Shown: piece after piece, positions 1 through 13,100 of the stretch | How the letters are laid out: each line of letters starts with the position of its first letter | Numbering within the stretch: the first letter of the stretch is position 1 | Origin: Utricularia gibba | Lineage: Eukaryota; Plantae; Magnoliophyta | Assembly: GCA_002189035.1 (NCBI GenBank) | Contig: NEEC01000342.1 | Span: 1 to 17,688, forward strand | Direction: 5' to 3' | Length of the DNA stretch: 17,688 nucleotides | Notes under the pieces: generated by a model | What the model was told of the DNA's origin: nothing | Seen by the model: only the letters and a program-made list of their open reading frames with translations | Database searches by the model: none | Program-made: the position numbers and the translations under genes

Positions 1-3000
1 TTATTGAAGTTAGGATGTCATGAGCACCCAAAATGGTTTCTCAACCGCATGCTTTATTGAGGAGGCGCTCTCGTGGGGCAACGGTATCGAGAAGGAGGTC
101 GAGTCGAGCTCGGGCCATAGTCATTTGTGGCTCGGCAAAAAACTTGATGCATTTCTTAACGTTGGGTTTTAATTGGCTGCCTACATGGTTTCTCAAGGAA
201 AAGCTTGTCGTTTTTGGGCGGGTGATGTCGTTGTGAACTTCGTTCTGACCAAGGTTCGGTCTGACTCCTTTGCCACATCGGGTCCTACTCGACGAAATCG
301 TGCTGCACTTATTGAAGTTAGGATGTCATGAGCACCCAAAATGGTTTTCTCAACCGCATGCTTTATATTTGATAAGGCGCTCTCGTGGGCAACGGTATCG
401 AGCAGGTGGTCGAGTCGAGCTCGGGCCCATAGTCATTTGTGGCTCGGCAAAAAACTTGATGCATTTCTTAACGTTGGGTTTTAATTGGCTGCCTACATGG
501 TTTCTCAAGGAAAAGCTTGTCGTTTTGGGCGGGTGATGTCGTTGTGAACTTCGTTCTGACCCAAGGTTCGGTCTGACTCCTTTGCCACATCGGGTCCTAC
601 TCGACGAAAATCGTGCTGCACTTATTGAAGTTAGGATGTCATGAGCACCCAAAATGGTTTTCTCAACCGCATGCTTTATATCTGAGGAGGCGCTCTCGTG
701 GGGCAACGGTATCGAGAAGGAGGTCGAGTCGAGCTCGGGCCATAGTCATTTGTAGCTCGGCAAAAAACTTGATGCATTTCTTAACGTTGGGTTTTAATTG
801 GCTGCCTACATGGTTTCAAGGAAAAGCTTGTCGTTTTTGGGCGGGTGATGTCGTTGTGAACTTCGTTCTGACCCAAGGTTCGCCACATCGGGTCCTACTC
901 GACGAAAATCGTGCTGCACTTATTGAAGTTAGGATGTCATGAGCACCCAAAATGGTTTTCTCAACCGCATGCTTTATATCTGAGGAGGCGCTCTCGTGGG
1001 GCAACGGTATCGAGAAGGAGGTCGAGTCGAGCTCGGCCCCATAGTCATTTGTGCTCGGCAAAAAACTTGATGCATTCTTAACGTTGGGTTTTAATTGGCT
1101 GCCTACATGGTTTCTCAAGGAAAAGCTTGTCGTTTTGGGCGGTGATGTCGTTGTGAACTTCGTTCTGACCCAAGGTTCCTTTGCCACATCGGGTCCTACT
1201 CGACGAAAATCGTGCTGCACTTATTGAAGTTAGGATGTCATGAGCACCCAAAATGGTTTTCTCAACCGCATGCTTTATATCTGAGGAGGCGCTCTCGTGG
1301 GGCAACGGTATCGAGAAGGAGGTCGAGTCGAGCTCGGGCCCATAGTCATTTGTGGCTCGGCAAAAAACTTGATGCATTTCTTAACGTTGGGTTTTAATTG
1401 GCTGCCTACATGGTTTCTCAAGGAAAAGCTTGTCGTTTTTGGGCGGGTGATGTCGTTGTGAACTTCGTTCTGACCCAAGGTTCCTTTGCCAATCGGGTCC
1501 TACTCGACGAAAATCGTGCTGCACTTATTGAAGTTAGGATGTCATGAGCACCAAAATGGTTTTCTCAACCGCATGCTTTATATCTGAGGAGGCGCTCTCG
1601 TGGGGCAACGGTATCGAGAAGGAGGTCGAGTCGAGCTCGGGCCATAGTCATTTGTGGCTCGGCAAAAAACTTGATGCATTTCTTAACGTTGGGTTTTAAT
1701 TGGCTGCCTACATGGTTTCTCAAGGAAAAGCTTGTCGTTTTTGGGCGGTGATGTCGTTGTGAACTTCGTTCTGACCCAAGGTTCGGTCTGACTCCTTTGC
1801 CACATCGGGTCCTACTCGACGAAAAATCGTGATGCACTTATTGAAGTTAGGATGTCATGAGCACCCAAAATGGTTTTCTCAACCGCATGCTTTATATCTG
1901 AGGAGGCGCTCTCGTGGGCAACGGTATCGAGAAGGAGGTCGAGTCGAGCTCGGGCCCATAGTCATTTGTGGCTCGGCAAAAAACTTGATGCATTTCTTAA
2001 CGTTGGGTTTTAATTGGCTGCCTACATGGTTTCTCAAGGAAAAGCTTGTCGTTTTTGGGCGGGTGATGTCGTTGTGAACTTCGTTCTGACCCAAGGTTCC
2101 TTTGCCACATCGGGTCCTACTCGACGAAATCGTGCTGCACTTATTGAAGTTAGGATGTCATGAGCACCCAAAATGGTTTTCTCACCGCATGCTTTATATC
2201 TGAGGAGGCGCTCTCGTGGGGCAACGGTATCGAGAAGGAGGTCGAGTCGAGCTCGGGCCCATAGTCATTTGTGGCTCGGCAAAAAACTTGATGCATTTCT
2301 TAACGTTGGGTTTTAATTGGCTGCCTACATGGTTTCTCAAGGAAAAGCTTGTCGTTTTTGGGCGGGTGATGTCGTTGTGAACTTCGTTCTGACCCAAGGT
2401 TCGGTCTGACTCCTTTGCCACATCGGGTCCTACTCGACGAAAATCGTGCTGCACTTATTGAAGTTAGGATGTCATGAGCACCCAAAATGGTTTTCTCAAC
2501 CGCATGCTTTATATTGAGGAGGCGCTCTCGTGGGGCAACGGTATCGAGAAGGAGGTCGAGTCGAGCTCGGGCCCATAGTCATTTGTGGCTCGGCAAAAAA
2601 CTTGATGCATTTCTTAACGTTGGGTTTTAATTGGCTGCCTACATGGTTTCTCAAGGAAAAGCTTGTCGTTTTTGGGCGGGTGATGTCGTTGTGAACTTCG
2701 TTCTGACCCAAGGTTCGGTCTGACTCCTTTGCCACATCGGGTCCTACTCGACGAAAATCGTGATGCACTTATTGAAGTTAGGATGTCATAAGCACCCAAA
2801 ATGGTTTTCTCAACCGCATGCTTTATATCTGAGGAGGCGCTCTCGTGGGGCAACGGTATCGAGAAGGAGGTCGAGTCGAGCTCGGGCCCATAGTCATTTG
2901 TGCTCGGCAAAAAACTTGATGCATTTCTTAACGTTGGGTTTTAATTGGCTGCCTACATGGTTTCTCAAGGAAAAGCTTGTCGTTTTTGGGCGGGTGATGT

Positions 3001-4014
3001 CGTTGTGAACTTCGTTCTGACCCAAGGTTCTTTTGCCACATCGGGTCCTACTCGACGAAAATCGTGCTGCACTTATTGAAGTTAGGATGTCATGAGCACC
3101 CAAAATGGTTTTCTCAACCGCATGCTTTATATCTGAGGAGGCGCTCTCGTGGGGCAACGGTATCGAGAAGGAGGTCGAGTCGAGCTCGGGCCCATAGTCA
3201 TTTGTGGCTCGGCAAAAAACTTGATGCATTTCTTAACGTTGGGTTTTAATTGGCTGCCTACATGGTTTCTCAAGGAAAAGCTTGTCGTTTTTGGGCGGGT
3301 GATGTCGTTGTGAACTTCGTTCTGACCCAAGGTTCCTTTGCCACATCGGGTCCTACTCGACGAAAATCGTGCTGCACTTATTGAAGTTAGGATGTCATGA
3401 GCACCCAAAATGGTTTTCTCAACCGCATGCTTTATATCTGAGGAGGCGCTCTCGTGGGGCAACGGTATCGAGAAGGAGGTCGAGTCGAGCTCGGGCCATA
3501 GTCATTTGTGGCTCGGCAAAAAACTTGATGCATTTCTTAACGTTGGGTTTTAATTGGCTGCCTACATGGTTTCTCAAGGAAAAGCTTGTCGTTTTTGGGC
3601 GGTGATGTCGTTGTGAACTTCGTTCTGACCAAGGTTCTTTTGCCACATCGGGTCTACTCGACGAAAATCGTGATGCACTTATTGAAGTTAGGATGTCATA
3701 AGCACCAAAATGGTTTTCTCAACCGCATGCTTTATATCTGAGGAGGCGCTCTCGTGGGGCAACGGTATCGAGAAGGAGGTCGAGTCGAGCTCGGGCCCAT
3801 AGTCATTTGTAGCTCGGCAAAAAACTTGATGCATTTCTTAACGTTGGGTTTTAATTGGCTGCCTACATGGTTTCTCAAGGAAAAGCTTGTCGTTTTTGGG
3901 CGGGTGATGTCGTTGTGAACTTCGTTCTGACCCAAGGTTCCTTTGCCACATCGGGTCCTACTCGACGAAAATCGTGATGCACTTATTGAAGTTAGGATGT
4001 CATGAGCACCCAAA

Positions 4015-4319
4015 ATGGTTTTCTCAACCGCATGCTTTATATCTGAGGAGGCGCTCTCGTGGGGCAACGGTATCGAGAAGGAGGTCGAGTCGAGCTCGGG
4101 CCCATAGTCATTTGTGGCTCGGCAAAAAACTTGATGCATTTCTTAACGTTGGGTTTTAATTGGCTGCCTACATGGTTTCTCAAGGAAAAGCTTGTCGTTT
4201 TTGGGCGGGTGATGTCGTTGTGAACTTCGTTCTGACCCAAGGTTCCTTTGCCACATCGGGTCCTACTCGACGAAAATCGTGATGCACTTATTGAAGTTAG
4301 GATGTCATGAGCACCCAAA
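4015..4319. repeat. Representative short (305-bp) repeat unit
   Basis: Same unit, but reads aaggttcctttgcc and lacks cggtctgact. Equivalent ORF starts at 3974 and 4279 are 305 bp apart. Confidence 0.95.
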
Positions 4320-7300
4320 ATGGTTTTCTCAACCGCATGCTTTATATCTGAGGAGGCGCTCTCGTGGGGCAACGGTATCGAGAAGGAGGTCGAGTCGAGC
4401 TCGGGCCCATAGTCATTTGTGGCTCGGCAAAAAACTTGATGCATTTCTTAACGTTGGGTTTTAATTGGCTGCCTACATGGTTTCTCAAGGAAAAGCTTGT
4501 CGTTTTTGGGCGGGTGATGTCGTTGTGAACTTCGTTCTGACCCAAGGTTCCCACATCGGGTCCTACTCGACGAAAATCGTGCTGCACTTATTGAAGTTAG
4601 GATGTCATGAGCACCCAAAATGGTTTTCTCAACCGCATGCTTTATATCTGAGGAGGCGCTCTCGTGGGGCAACGGTATCGAGAAGGAGGTCGAGTCGAGC
4701 TCGGGCCCATAGTCATTTGTGCTCGGCAAAAAACTTGATGCATTTCTTAACGTTGGGTTTTAATTGGCTGCCTACATGGTTTCTCAAGGAAAAGCTTGTC
4801 GTTTTTGGGCGGTGATGTCGTTGTGAACTTCGTTCTGACCCAAGGTTCGGTCTGACTCCTTTGCCACATCGGGTCCTACTCGACGAAAATCGTGATGCAC
4901 TTATTGAAGTTAGGATGTCATGAGCACCCAAAATGGTTTTCTCAACCGCATGCTTTATATCTGAGGAGGCGCTCTCGTGGGGCAACGGTATCGAGAAGGA
5001 GGTCGAGTCGAGCTCGGGCCCATAGTCATTTGTGGCTCGGCAAAAAACTTGATGCATTTCTTAACGTTGGGTTTTAATTGGCTGCCTACATGGTTTCTCA
5101 AGGAAAAGCTTGTCGTTTTTGGGCGGGTGATGTCGTTGTGAACTTCGTTCTGACCAAGGTTCGGTCTGACTCCTTTGCCACATCGGGTCCTACTCGACGA
5201 AAATCGTGCTGCACTTATTGAAGTTAGGATGTCATGAGCACCCAAAATGGTTTTCTCAACCGCATGCTTTATATCTGAGGAGGCGCTCTCGTGGGGCAAC
5301 GGTATCGAGAAGGAGGTCGAGTCGAGCTCGGGCCCATAGTCATTTGTGCTCGGCAAAAAACTTGATGCATTTCTTAACGTTGGGTTTTAATTGGCTGCCT
5401 ACATGGTTTCTCAAGGAAAAGCTTGTCGTTTTTGGGCGGGTGATGTCGTTGTGAACTTCGTTCTGACCCAAGGTTCGGTCTGACTCCTTTGCCACATCGG
5501 GTCCTACTCGACGAAAATCGTGCTGCACTTATTGAAGTTAGGATGTCATGAGCACCCAAAATGGTTTTCTCAACCGCATGCTTTATATCTGAGGAGGCGC
5601 TCTCGTGGGGCAACGGTATCGAGAAGGAGGTCGAGTCGAGCTCGGGCCCATAGTCATTTGTGCTCGGCAAAAAACTTGATGCATTTCTTAACGTTGGGTT
5701 TTAATTGGCTGCCTACATGGTTTCTCAAGGAAAAGCTTGTCGTTTTTGGGCGGGTGATGTCGTTGTGAACTTCGTTCTGACCCAAGGTTCGCCACATCGG
5801 GTCCTACTCGACGAAAATCGTGCTGCACTTATTGAAGTTAGGATGTCATGAGCACCCAAAATGGTTTTCTCAACCGCATGCTTTATATCTGAGGAGGCGC
5901 TCTCGTGGGGCAACGGTATCGAGAAGGAGGTCGAGTCGAGCTCGGGCCCATAGTCATTTGTAGCTCGGCAAAAAACTTGATGCATTTCTTAACGTTGGGT
6001 TTTAATTGGCTGCCTACATGGTTTCTCAAGGAAAAGCTTGTCGTTTTTGGGCGGGTGATGTCGTTGTGAACTTCGTTCTGACCCAAGGTTTCCTTTGCCA
6101 CATCGGGTCCTACTCGACGAAAATCGTGCTGCACTTATTGAAGTTAGGATGTCATGAGCACCCAAAATGGTTTTCTCAACCGCATGCTTTATATCTGAGG
6201 AGGCGCTCTCGTGGGGCAACGGTATCGAGAAGGAGGTCGAGTCGAGCTCGGGCCCATAGTCATTTGTGGCTCGGCAAAAAACTTGATGCATTTCTTAACG
6301 TTGGGTTTTAATTGGCTGCCTACATGGTTTCTCAAGGAAAAGCTTGTCGTTTTTGGGCGGGTGATGTCGTTGTGAACTTCGTTCTGACCCAAGGTTCCTT
6401 TGCCACATCGGGTCCTACTCGACGAAAATCGTGCTGCACTTATTGAAGTTAGGATGTCATGAGCACCCAAAATGGTTTTCTCAACCGCATGCTTTATATC
6501 TGAGGAGGCGCTCTCGTGGGGCAACGGTATCGAGAAGGAGGTCGAGTCGAGCTCGGGCCCATAGTCATTTGTGGCTCGGCAAAAAACTTGATGCATTTCT
6601 TAACGTTGGGTTTTAATTGGCTGCCTACATGGTTTCTCAAGGAAAAGCTTGTCGTTTTTGGGCGGGTGATGTCGTTGTGAACTTCGTTCTGACCCAAGGT
6701 TCGGTCTGACTCCTTTGCCACATCGGGTCTACTCGACGAAAATCGTGATGCACTTATTGAAGTTAGGATGTCATGAGCACCCAAAATGGTTTTCTCAACC
6801 GCATGCTTTATATCTGAGGAGGCGCTCTCGTGGGCAACGGTATCGAGAAGGAGGTCGAGTCGAGCTCGGGCCCATAGTCATTTGTGGCTCGGCAAAAACT
6901 TGATGCATTTCTTAACGTTGGGTTTTAATTGGCTGCCTACATGGTTTCTCAAGGAAAAGCTTGTCGTTTTTGGGCGGGTGATGTCGTTGTGAACTTCGTT
7001 CTGACCCAAGGTTCCTTTTGCCACATCGGGTCCTACTCGACGAAAATCGTGATGCACTTATTGAAGTTAGGATGTCATAGCACCCAAAATGGTTTTCTCA
7101 ACCGCATGCTTTATATCTGAGGAGGCGCTCTCGTGGGGCAACGGTATCGAGAAGGAGGTCGAGTCGAGCTCGGGCCCATAGTCATTTGTCTCGGCAAAAA
7201 ACTTGATGCATTTCTTAACGTTGGGTTTTAATTGGCTGCCTACATGGTTTCTCAAGGAAAAGCTTGTCGTTTTTGGGCGGTGATGTCGTTGTGAACTTCG

Positions 7301-9835
7301 TTCTGACCCAAGGTTCGGTCTGACTCCTTTGCCACATCGGGTCCTACTCGACGAAAATCGTGATGCACTTATTGAAGTTAGGATGTCATAAGCACCCAAA
7401 ATGGTTTTCTCAACCGCATGCTTTATATCTGAGGAGGCGCTCTCGTGGGGCAACGGTATCGAGAAGGAGGTCGAGTCGAGCTCGGGCCCATAGTCATTTG
7501 TAGCTCGGCAAAAAACTTGATGCATTTCTTAACGTTGGGTTTTAATTGGCTGCCTACATGGTTTCTCAAGGAAAAGCTTGTCGTTTTTGGGCGGTGATGT
7601 CGTTGTGAACTTCGTTCTGACCCAAGGTTCGGTCTGACTCCTTTGCCACATCGGGTCCTACTCGACGAAAATCGTGATGCACTTATTGAAGTTAGGATGT
7701 CATGAGCACCCAAAATGGTTTTCTCAACCGCATGCTTTATATTTGAGGAGGCGCTCTCGTGGGGCAACGGTATCGAGAAGGAGGTCGAGTCGAGCTCGGG
7801 CCCATAGTCATTTGTGGCTCGGCAAAAAACTTGATGCATTTCTTAACGTTGGGTTTTAATTGGCTGCCTACATGGTTTCTCAAGGAAAAGCTTGTCGTTT
7901 TTGGGCGGTGATGTCGTTGTGAACTTCGTTCTGACCCAAGGTTCCTTTGCCACATCGGGTCCTACTCGACGAAAATCGTGCTGCATGAAGCACACCCAAA
8001 ATGGTTTTCTCAACCGCATGCTTTATATCTGAGGAGGCGCTCTCGTGGGGCAACGGTATCGAGAAGGAGGTCGAGTCGAGCTCGGGCCCATAGTCATTTG
8101 TGCTCGGCAAAAAACTTGATGCATTTCTTAACGTTGGGTTTTAATTGGCTGCCTACATGGTTTCTCAAGGAAAAGCTTGTCGTTTTTGGGCGGTGATGTC
8201 GTTGTGAACTTCGTTCTGACCAAGGTTCTTTGCCACATCGGGTCCTACTCGACGAAAATCGTGCTGCACTTATTGAAGTTAGGATGTCATGAGCACCCAA
8301 AATGGTTTTCTCAACCGCATGCTTTATATCTGAGGAGGCGCTCTCGTGGGGCAACGGTATCGAGAAGGAGGTCGAGTCGAGCTCGGGCCCATAGTCATTT
8401 GTGGCTCGGCAAAAAACTTGATGCATTTCTTAACGTTGGGTTTTAATTGGCTGCCTACATGGTTTCTCAAGGAAAAGCTTGTCGTTTTTGGGCGGGTGAT
8501 GTCGTTGTGAACTTCGTTCTGACCCAAGGTTCGGTCTGACTCCTTTGCCACATCGGGTCCTACTCGACGAAAATCGTGATGCACTTATTGAAGTTAGGAT
8601 GTCATGAGCACCCAAAATGGTTTTCTCAACCGCATGCTTTATATCTGAGGAGGCGCTCTCGTGGGGCAACGGTATCGAGAAGGAGGTCGAGTCGAGCTCG
8701 GGCCCATAGTCATTTGTAGCTCGGCAAAAAACTTGATGCATTTCTTAACGTTGGGTTTTAATTGGCTGCCTACATGGTTTCTCAAGGAAAAGCTTGTCGT
8801 TTTTGGGCGGGTGATGTCGTTGTGAACTTCGTTCTGACCCAAGGTTCCTTTGCCACATCGGGTCCTACTCGACGAAAATCGTGCTGCACTTATTGAAGTT
8901 AGGATGTCATGAGCACCCAAAATGGTTTTCTCAACCGCATGCTTTATATCTGAGGAGGCGCTCTCGTGGGGCAACGGTATCGAGAAGGAGGTCGAGTCGA
9001 GCTCGGGCCCATAGTCATTTGTGGCTCGGCAAAAAACTTGATGCATTTCTTAACGTTGGGTTTTAATTGGCTGCCTACATGGTTTCTCAAGGAAAAGCTT
9101 GTCGTTTTTGGGCGGGTGATGTCGTTGTGAACTTCGTTCTGACCCAAGGTTCCCACATCGGGTCCTACTCGACGAAAATCGTGCTGCACTTATTGAAGTT
9201 AGGATGTCATGAGCACCCAAAATGGTTTTCTCAACCGCATGCTTTATATCTGAGGAGCGCTCTCGTGGGGCAACGGTATCGAGAAGGAGGTCGAGTCGAG
9301 CTCGGGCCCATAGTCATTTGTGGCTCGGCAAAAAACTTGATGCATTTCTTAACGTTGGGTTTTAATTGGCTGCCTACATGGTTTCTCAAGGAAAAGCTTG
9401 TCGTTTTTGGGGGTGATGTCGTTGTGAACTTCGTTCTGACCCAAGGTTCCTGACTCCTTTGCCACATCGGGTCCTACTCGACGAAAATCGTGCTGCACTT
9501 ATTGAAGTTAGGATGTCATGAGCACCCAAAATGGTTTTCTCAACCGCATGCTTTATATCTGAGGAGGCGCTCTCGTGGGGCAACGGTATCGAGAAGGAGG
9601 TCGAGTCGAGCTCGGGCCCATAGTCATTTGTGGCTCGGCAAAAAACTTGATGCATTTCTTAACGTTGGGTTTTAATTGGCTGCCTACATGGTTTCTCAAG
9701 GAAAAGCTTGTCGTTTTTGGGCGGGTGATGTCGTTGTGAACTTCGTTCTGACCCAAGGTTCCTTTGCCACATCGGGTCCTACTCGACGAAAATCGTGATG
9801 CACTTATTGAAGTTAGGATGTCATGAGCACCCAAA

Positions 9836-9992
9836 ATGGTTTTCTCAACCGCATGCTTTATATCTGAGGAGGCGCTCTCGTGGGGCAACGGTATCGAGAA
9901 GGAGGTCGAGTCGAGCTCGGGCCCATAGTCATTTGTGGCTCGGCAAAAAACTTGATGCATTTCTTAACGTTGGGTTTTAATTGGCTGCCTAC
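9836..9992. repeat. Sub-repeat half A (157 bp) of the dimeric unit
   Basis: Begins atggttttctcaa. Its 3' part aligns without gaps to half B (42/60 identities, 9939-9998 vs 10097-10156). Confidence 0.8.
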
Positions 9993-10150
9993 ATGGTTTC
10001 TCAAGGAAAAGCTTGTCGTTTTTGGGCGGGTGATGTCGTTGTGAACTTCGTTCTGACCCAAGGTTCGGTCTGACTCCTTTGCCACATCGGGTCCTACTCG
10101 ACGAAAATCGTGATGCACTTATTGAAGTTAGGATGTCATGAGCACCCAAA
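9993..10150. repeat. Sub-repeat half B (158 bp long form, 148 bp short form) of the dimeric unit
   Basis: Begins atggtttctcaa, 157 bp after the start of half A. It shares ctcg-c-aaaa-c-tgatgca-tt-tt-a-gtt-gg with half A and carries the variable 10-bp segment. Confidence 0.8.
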
Positions 10151-13100
10151 ATGGTTTTCTCAACCGCATGCTTTATATCTGAGGAGGCGCTCTCGTGGGG
10201 CAACGGTATCGAGAAGGAGGTCGAGTCGAGCTCGGGCCCATAGTCATTTGTGGCTCGGCAAAAAACTTGATGCATTTCTTAACGTTGGGTTTTAATTGGC
10301 TGCCTACATGGTTTCTCAAGGAAAAGCTTGTCGTTTTTGGGCGGGTGATGTCGTTGTGAACTTCGTTCTGACCCAAGGTTCCTTTTGCCACATCGGGTCC
10401 TACTCGACGAAAATCGTGCTGCACTTATTGAAGTTAGGATGTCATGAGCACCCAAAATGGTTTTCTCAACCGCATGCTTTATATCTGAGGAGGCGCTCTC
10501 GTGGGGCAACGGTATCGAGAAGGAGGTCGAGTCGAGCTCGGGCCCATAGTCATTTGTGGCTCGGCAAAAAACTTGATGCATTTCTTAACGTTGGGTTTTA
10601 ATTGGCTGCCTACATGGTTTCTCAAGGAAAAGCTTGTCGTTTTTGGGCGGGTGATGTCGTTGTGAACTTCGTTCTGACCCAAGGTTCGCCACATCGGGTC
10701 CTACTCGACGAAAATCGTGCTGCACTTATTGAAGTTAGGATGTCATGAGCACCCAAAATGGTTTTCTCAACCGCATGCTTTATATCTGAGGAGGCGCTCT
10801 CGTGGGGCAACGGTATCGAGAAGGAGGTCGAGTCGAGCTCGGGCCCATAGTCATTTGTGCTCGGCAAAAAACTTGATGCATTTCTTAACGTTGGGTTTTA
10901 ATTGGCTGCCTACATGGTTTCTCAAGGAAAAGCTTGTCGTTTTTGGGCGGTGATGTCGTTGTGAACTTCGTTCTGACCCAAGGTTCGGTTGCCACATCGG
11001 GTCCTACTCGACGAAAATCGTGATGCACTTATTGAAGTTAGGATGTCATGAGCACCCAAAATGGTTTTCTCAACCGCATGCTTTATATCTGAGGAGGCGC
11101 TCTCGTGGGGCAACGGTATCGAGAAGGAGGTCGAGTCGAGCTCGGGCCCATAGTCATTTGTGGCTCGGCAAAAAACTTGATGCATTTCTTAACGTTGGGT
11201 TTTAATTGGCTGCCTACATGGTTTCTCAAGGAAAAGCTTGTCGTTTTTGGGCGGGTGATGTCGTTGTGAACTTCGTTCTGACCCAAGGTTCCTTTGCCAC
11301 ATCGGGTCCTACTCGACGAAAATCGTGCTGCACTTATTGAAGTTAGGATGTCATGAGCACCCAAAATGGTTTTCTCAACCGCATGCTTTATATCTGAGGA
11401 GGCGCTCTCGTGGGGCAACGGTATCGAGAAGGAGGTCGAGTCGAGCTCGGGCCCATAGTCATTTGTGGCTCGGCAAAAAACTTGATGCATTTCTTAACGT
11501 TGGGTTTTAATTGGCTGCCTACATGGTTTCTCAAGGAAAAGCTTGTCGTTTTGGGCGGGTGATGTCGTTGTGAACTTCGTTCTGACCCAAGGTTCCTTTG
11601 CCACATCGGGTCCTACTCGACGAAAATCGTGATGCACTTATTGAAGTTAGGATGTCATAGCACCCAAAATGGTTTTCTCAACCGCATGCTTTATATCTGA
11701 GGAGGCGCTCTCGTGGGGCAACGGTATCGAGAAGGAGGTCGAGTCGAGCTCGGGCCCATAGTCATTTGTGGCTCGGCAAAAAACTTGATGCATTTCTTAA
11801 CGTTGGGTTTTAATTGGCTGCCTACATGGTTTCTCAAGGAAAAGCTTGTCGTTTTTGGGCGGGTGATGTCGTTTGAACTTCGTTCTGACCCAAGGTTCCT
11901 TTTGCCACATCGGGTCCTACTCGACGAAAATCGTGCTGCACTTATTGAAGTTAGGATGTCATGAGCACCCAAAATGGTTTTCTCAACCGCATGCTTTATA
12001 TCTGAGGAGGCGCTCTCGTGGGGCAACGGTATCGAGAAGGAGGTCGAGTCGAGCTCGGGCCCATAGTCATTTGTGGCTCGGCAAAAAACTTGATGCATTT
12101 CTTAACGTTGGGTTTTAATTGGCTGCCTACATGGTTTCTCAAGGAAAAGCTTGTCGTTTTTGGGCGGTGATGTCGTTGTGAACTTCGTTCTGACCCAAGG
12201 TTCGGTCTGACTCCTTTGCCACATCGGGTCCTACTCGACGAAAATCGTGATGCACTTATTGAAGTTAGGATGTCATGAGCACCCAAAATGGTTTTCTCAA
12301 CCGCATGCTTTATATCTGAGGAGGCGCTCTCGTGGGGCAACGGTATCGAGAAGGAGGTCGAGTCGAGCTCGGGCCCATAGTCATTTGTGCTCGGCAAAAA
12401 ACTTGATGCATTTCTTAACGTTGGGTTTTAATTGGCTGCCTACATGGTTTCTCAAGGAAAAGCTTGTCGTTTTTGGGCGGGTGATGTCGTTGTGAACTTC
12501 GTTCTGACCCAAGCCTTTGCCACATCGGGTCCTACTCGACGAAAATCGTGATGCACTTATTGAAGTTAGGATGTCATGAGCACCCAAAATGGTTTTCTCA
12601 ACCGCATGCTTTATATCTGAGGAGGCGCTCTCGTGGGGCAACGGTATCGAGAAGGAGGTCGAGTCGAGCTCGGGCCCATAGTCATTTGTGGCTCGGCAAA
12701 AAACTTGATGCATTTCTTAACGTTGGGTTTTAATTGGCTGCCTACATGGTTTTCAAGGAAAAGCTTGTCGTTTTTGGGGGGTGATGTCGTTGTGAACTTC
12801 GTTCTGACCCAAGGTTCTGACTCCTTTGCCACATCGGGTCCTACTCGACGAAAATCGTGATGCACTTATTGAAGTTAGGATGTCATGAGCACCCAAAATG
12901 GTTTTCTCAACCGCATGCTTTATATCTGAGGAGGCGCTCTCGTGGGGCAACGGTATCGAGAAGGAGGTCGAGTCGAGCTCGGGCCCATAGTCATTTGTAG
13001 CTCGGCAAAAAACTTGATGCATTTCTTAACGTTGGTTTTAATTGGCTGCCTACATGGTTTCTCAAGGAAAAGCTTGTCGTTTTTGGGCGGTGATGTCGTT

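Larger units (their letters stand above)
9836..10150. repeat. Representative long (315-bp) repeat unit
   Basis: Runs from atggttttctcaa (9836) to gcacccaaa (10150) and contains the 10-bp segment cggtctgact (10066-10075). The next unit starts at 10151. Confidence 0.95.

Noticed and set aside
9864-10025. Hammerhead ribozyme / retrozyme-type satellite (CTGAGGA matches the CUGANGA core; newt and schistosome satellites of ~330 bp carry hammerheads)
   Set aside because: No stem II closes onto a GAAA: ggaaaag and cgaaaat lack a pairing partner after CTGAGGA. The minus strand has no CTGA in the consensus. An Infernal cmscan of a unit dimer against Rfam ribozyme models would settle it.
10046-10075. 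CENP-B box-like motif (cttcgtt...)
   Set aside because: The TTCG is present but the required downstream A and CGGG positions are not.
10007-10088. Resemblance to grass centromeric repeats CentC/CentO (tttgg..ggtgat.tcg, ttcgtt, tttgccac)
   Set aside because: Only short words recalled from memory, and their spacing does not appear collinear. It needs a real alignment before any claim.
9836-10150. Viroid-like or other circular-RNA concatemer (unit size 305-315 nt)
   Set aside because: Only isolated 7-bp complementarities (gtcgagt/actcgac, cccaaaa/ttttggg) are visible, with no rod-like fold or ribozyme. The internal dimer structure and multiple recurring alleles fit genomic satellite DNA better.
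9993-10150. 5S rDNA or spliced-leader RNA tandem array (similar unit size)
   Set aside because: No recognisable 5S rRNA, tRNA or SL sequence on either strand; resemblances such as tcagaac or ggttttaat are only a few bases long.
9836-10150. Cluster of 6-bp palindromes (gcatgc, gagctc, gggccc, atgcat, aacgtt, aagctt, tcatga) suggesting a synthetic polylinker
   Set aside because: Seven observed versus about five expected by chance in 315 bp, and they are dispersed through the unit, so there is no enrichment.
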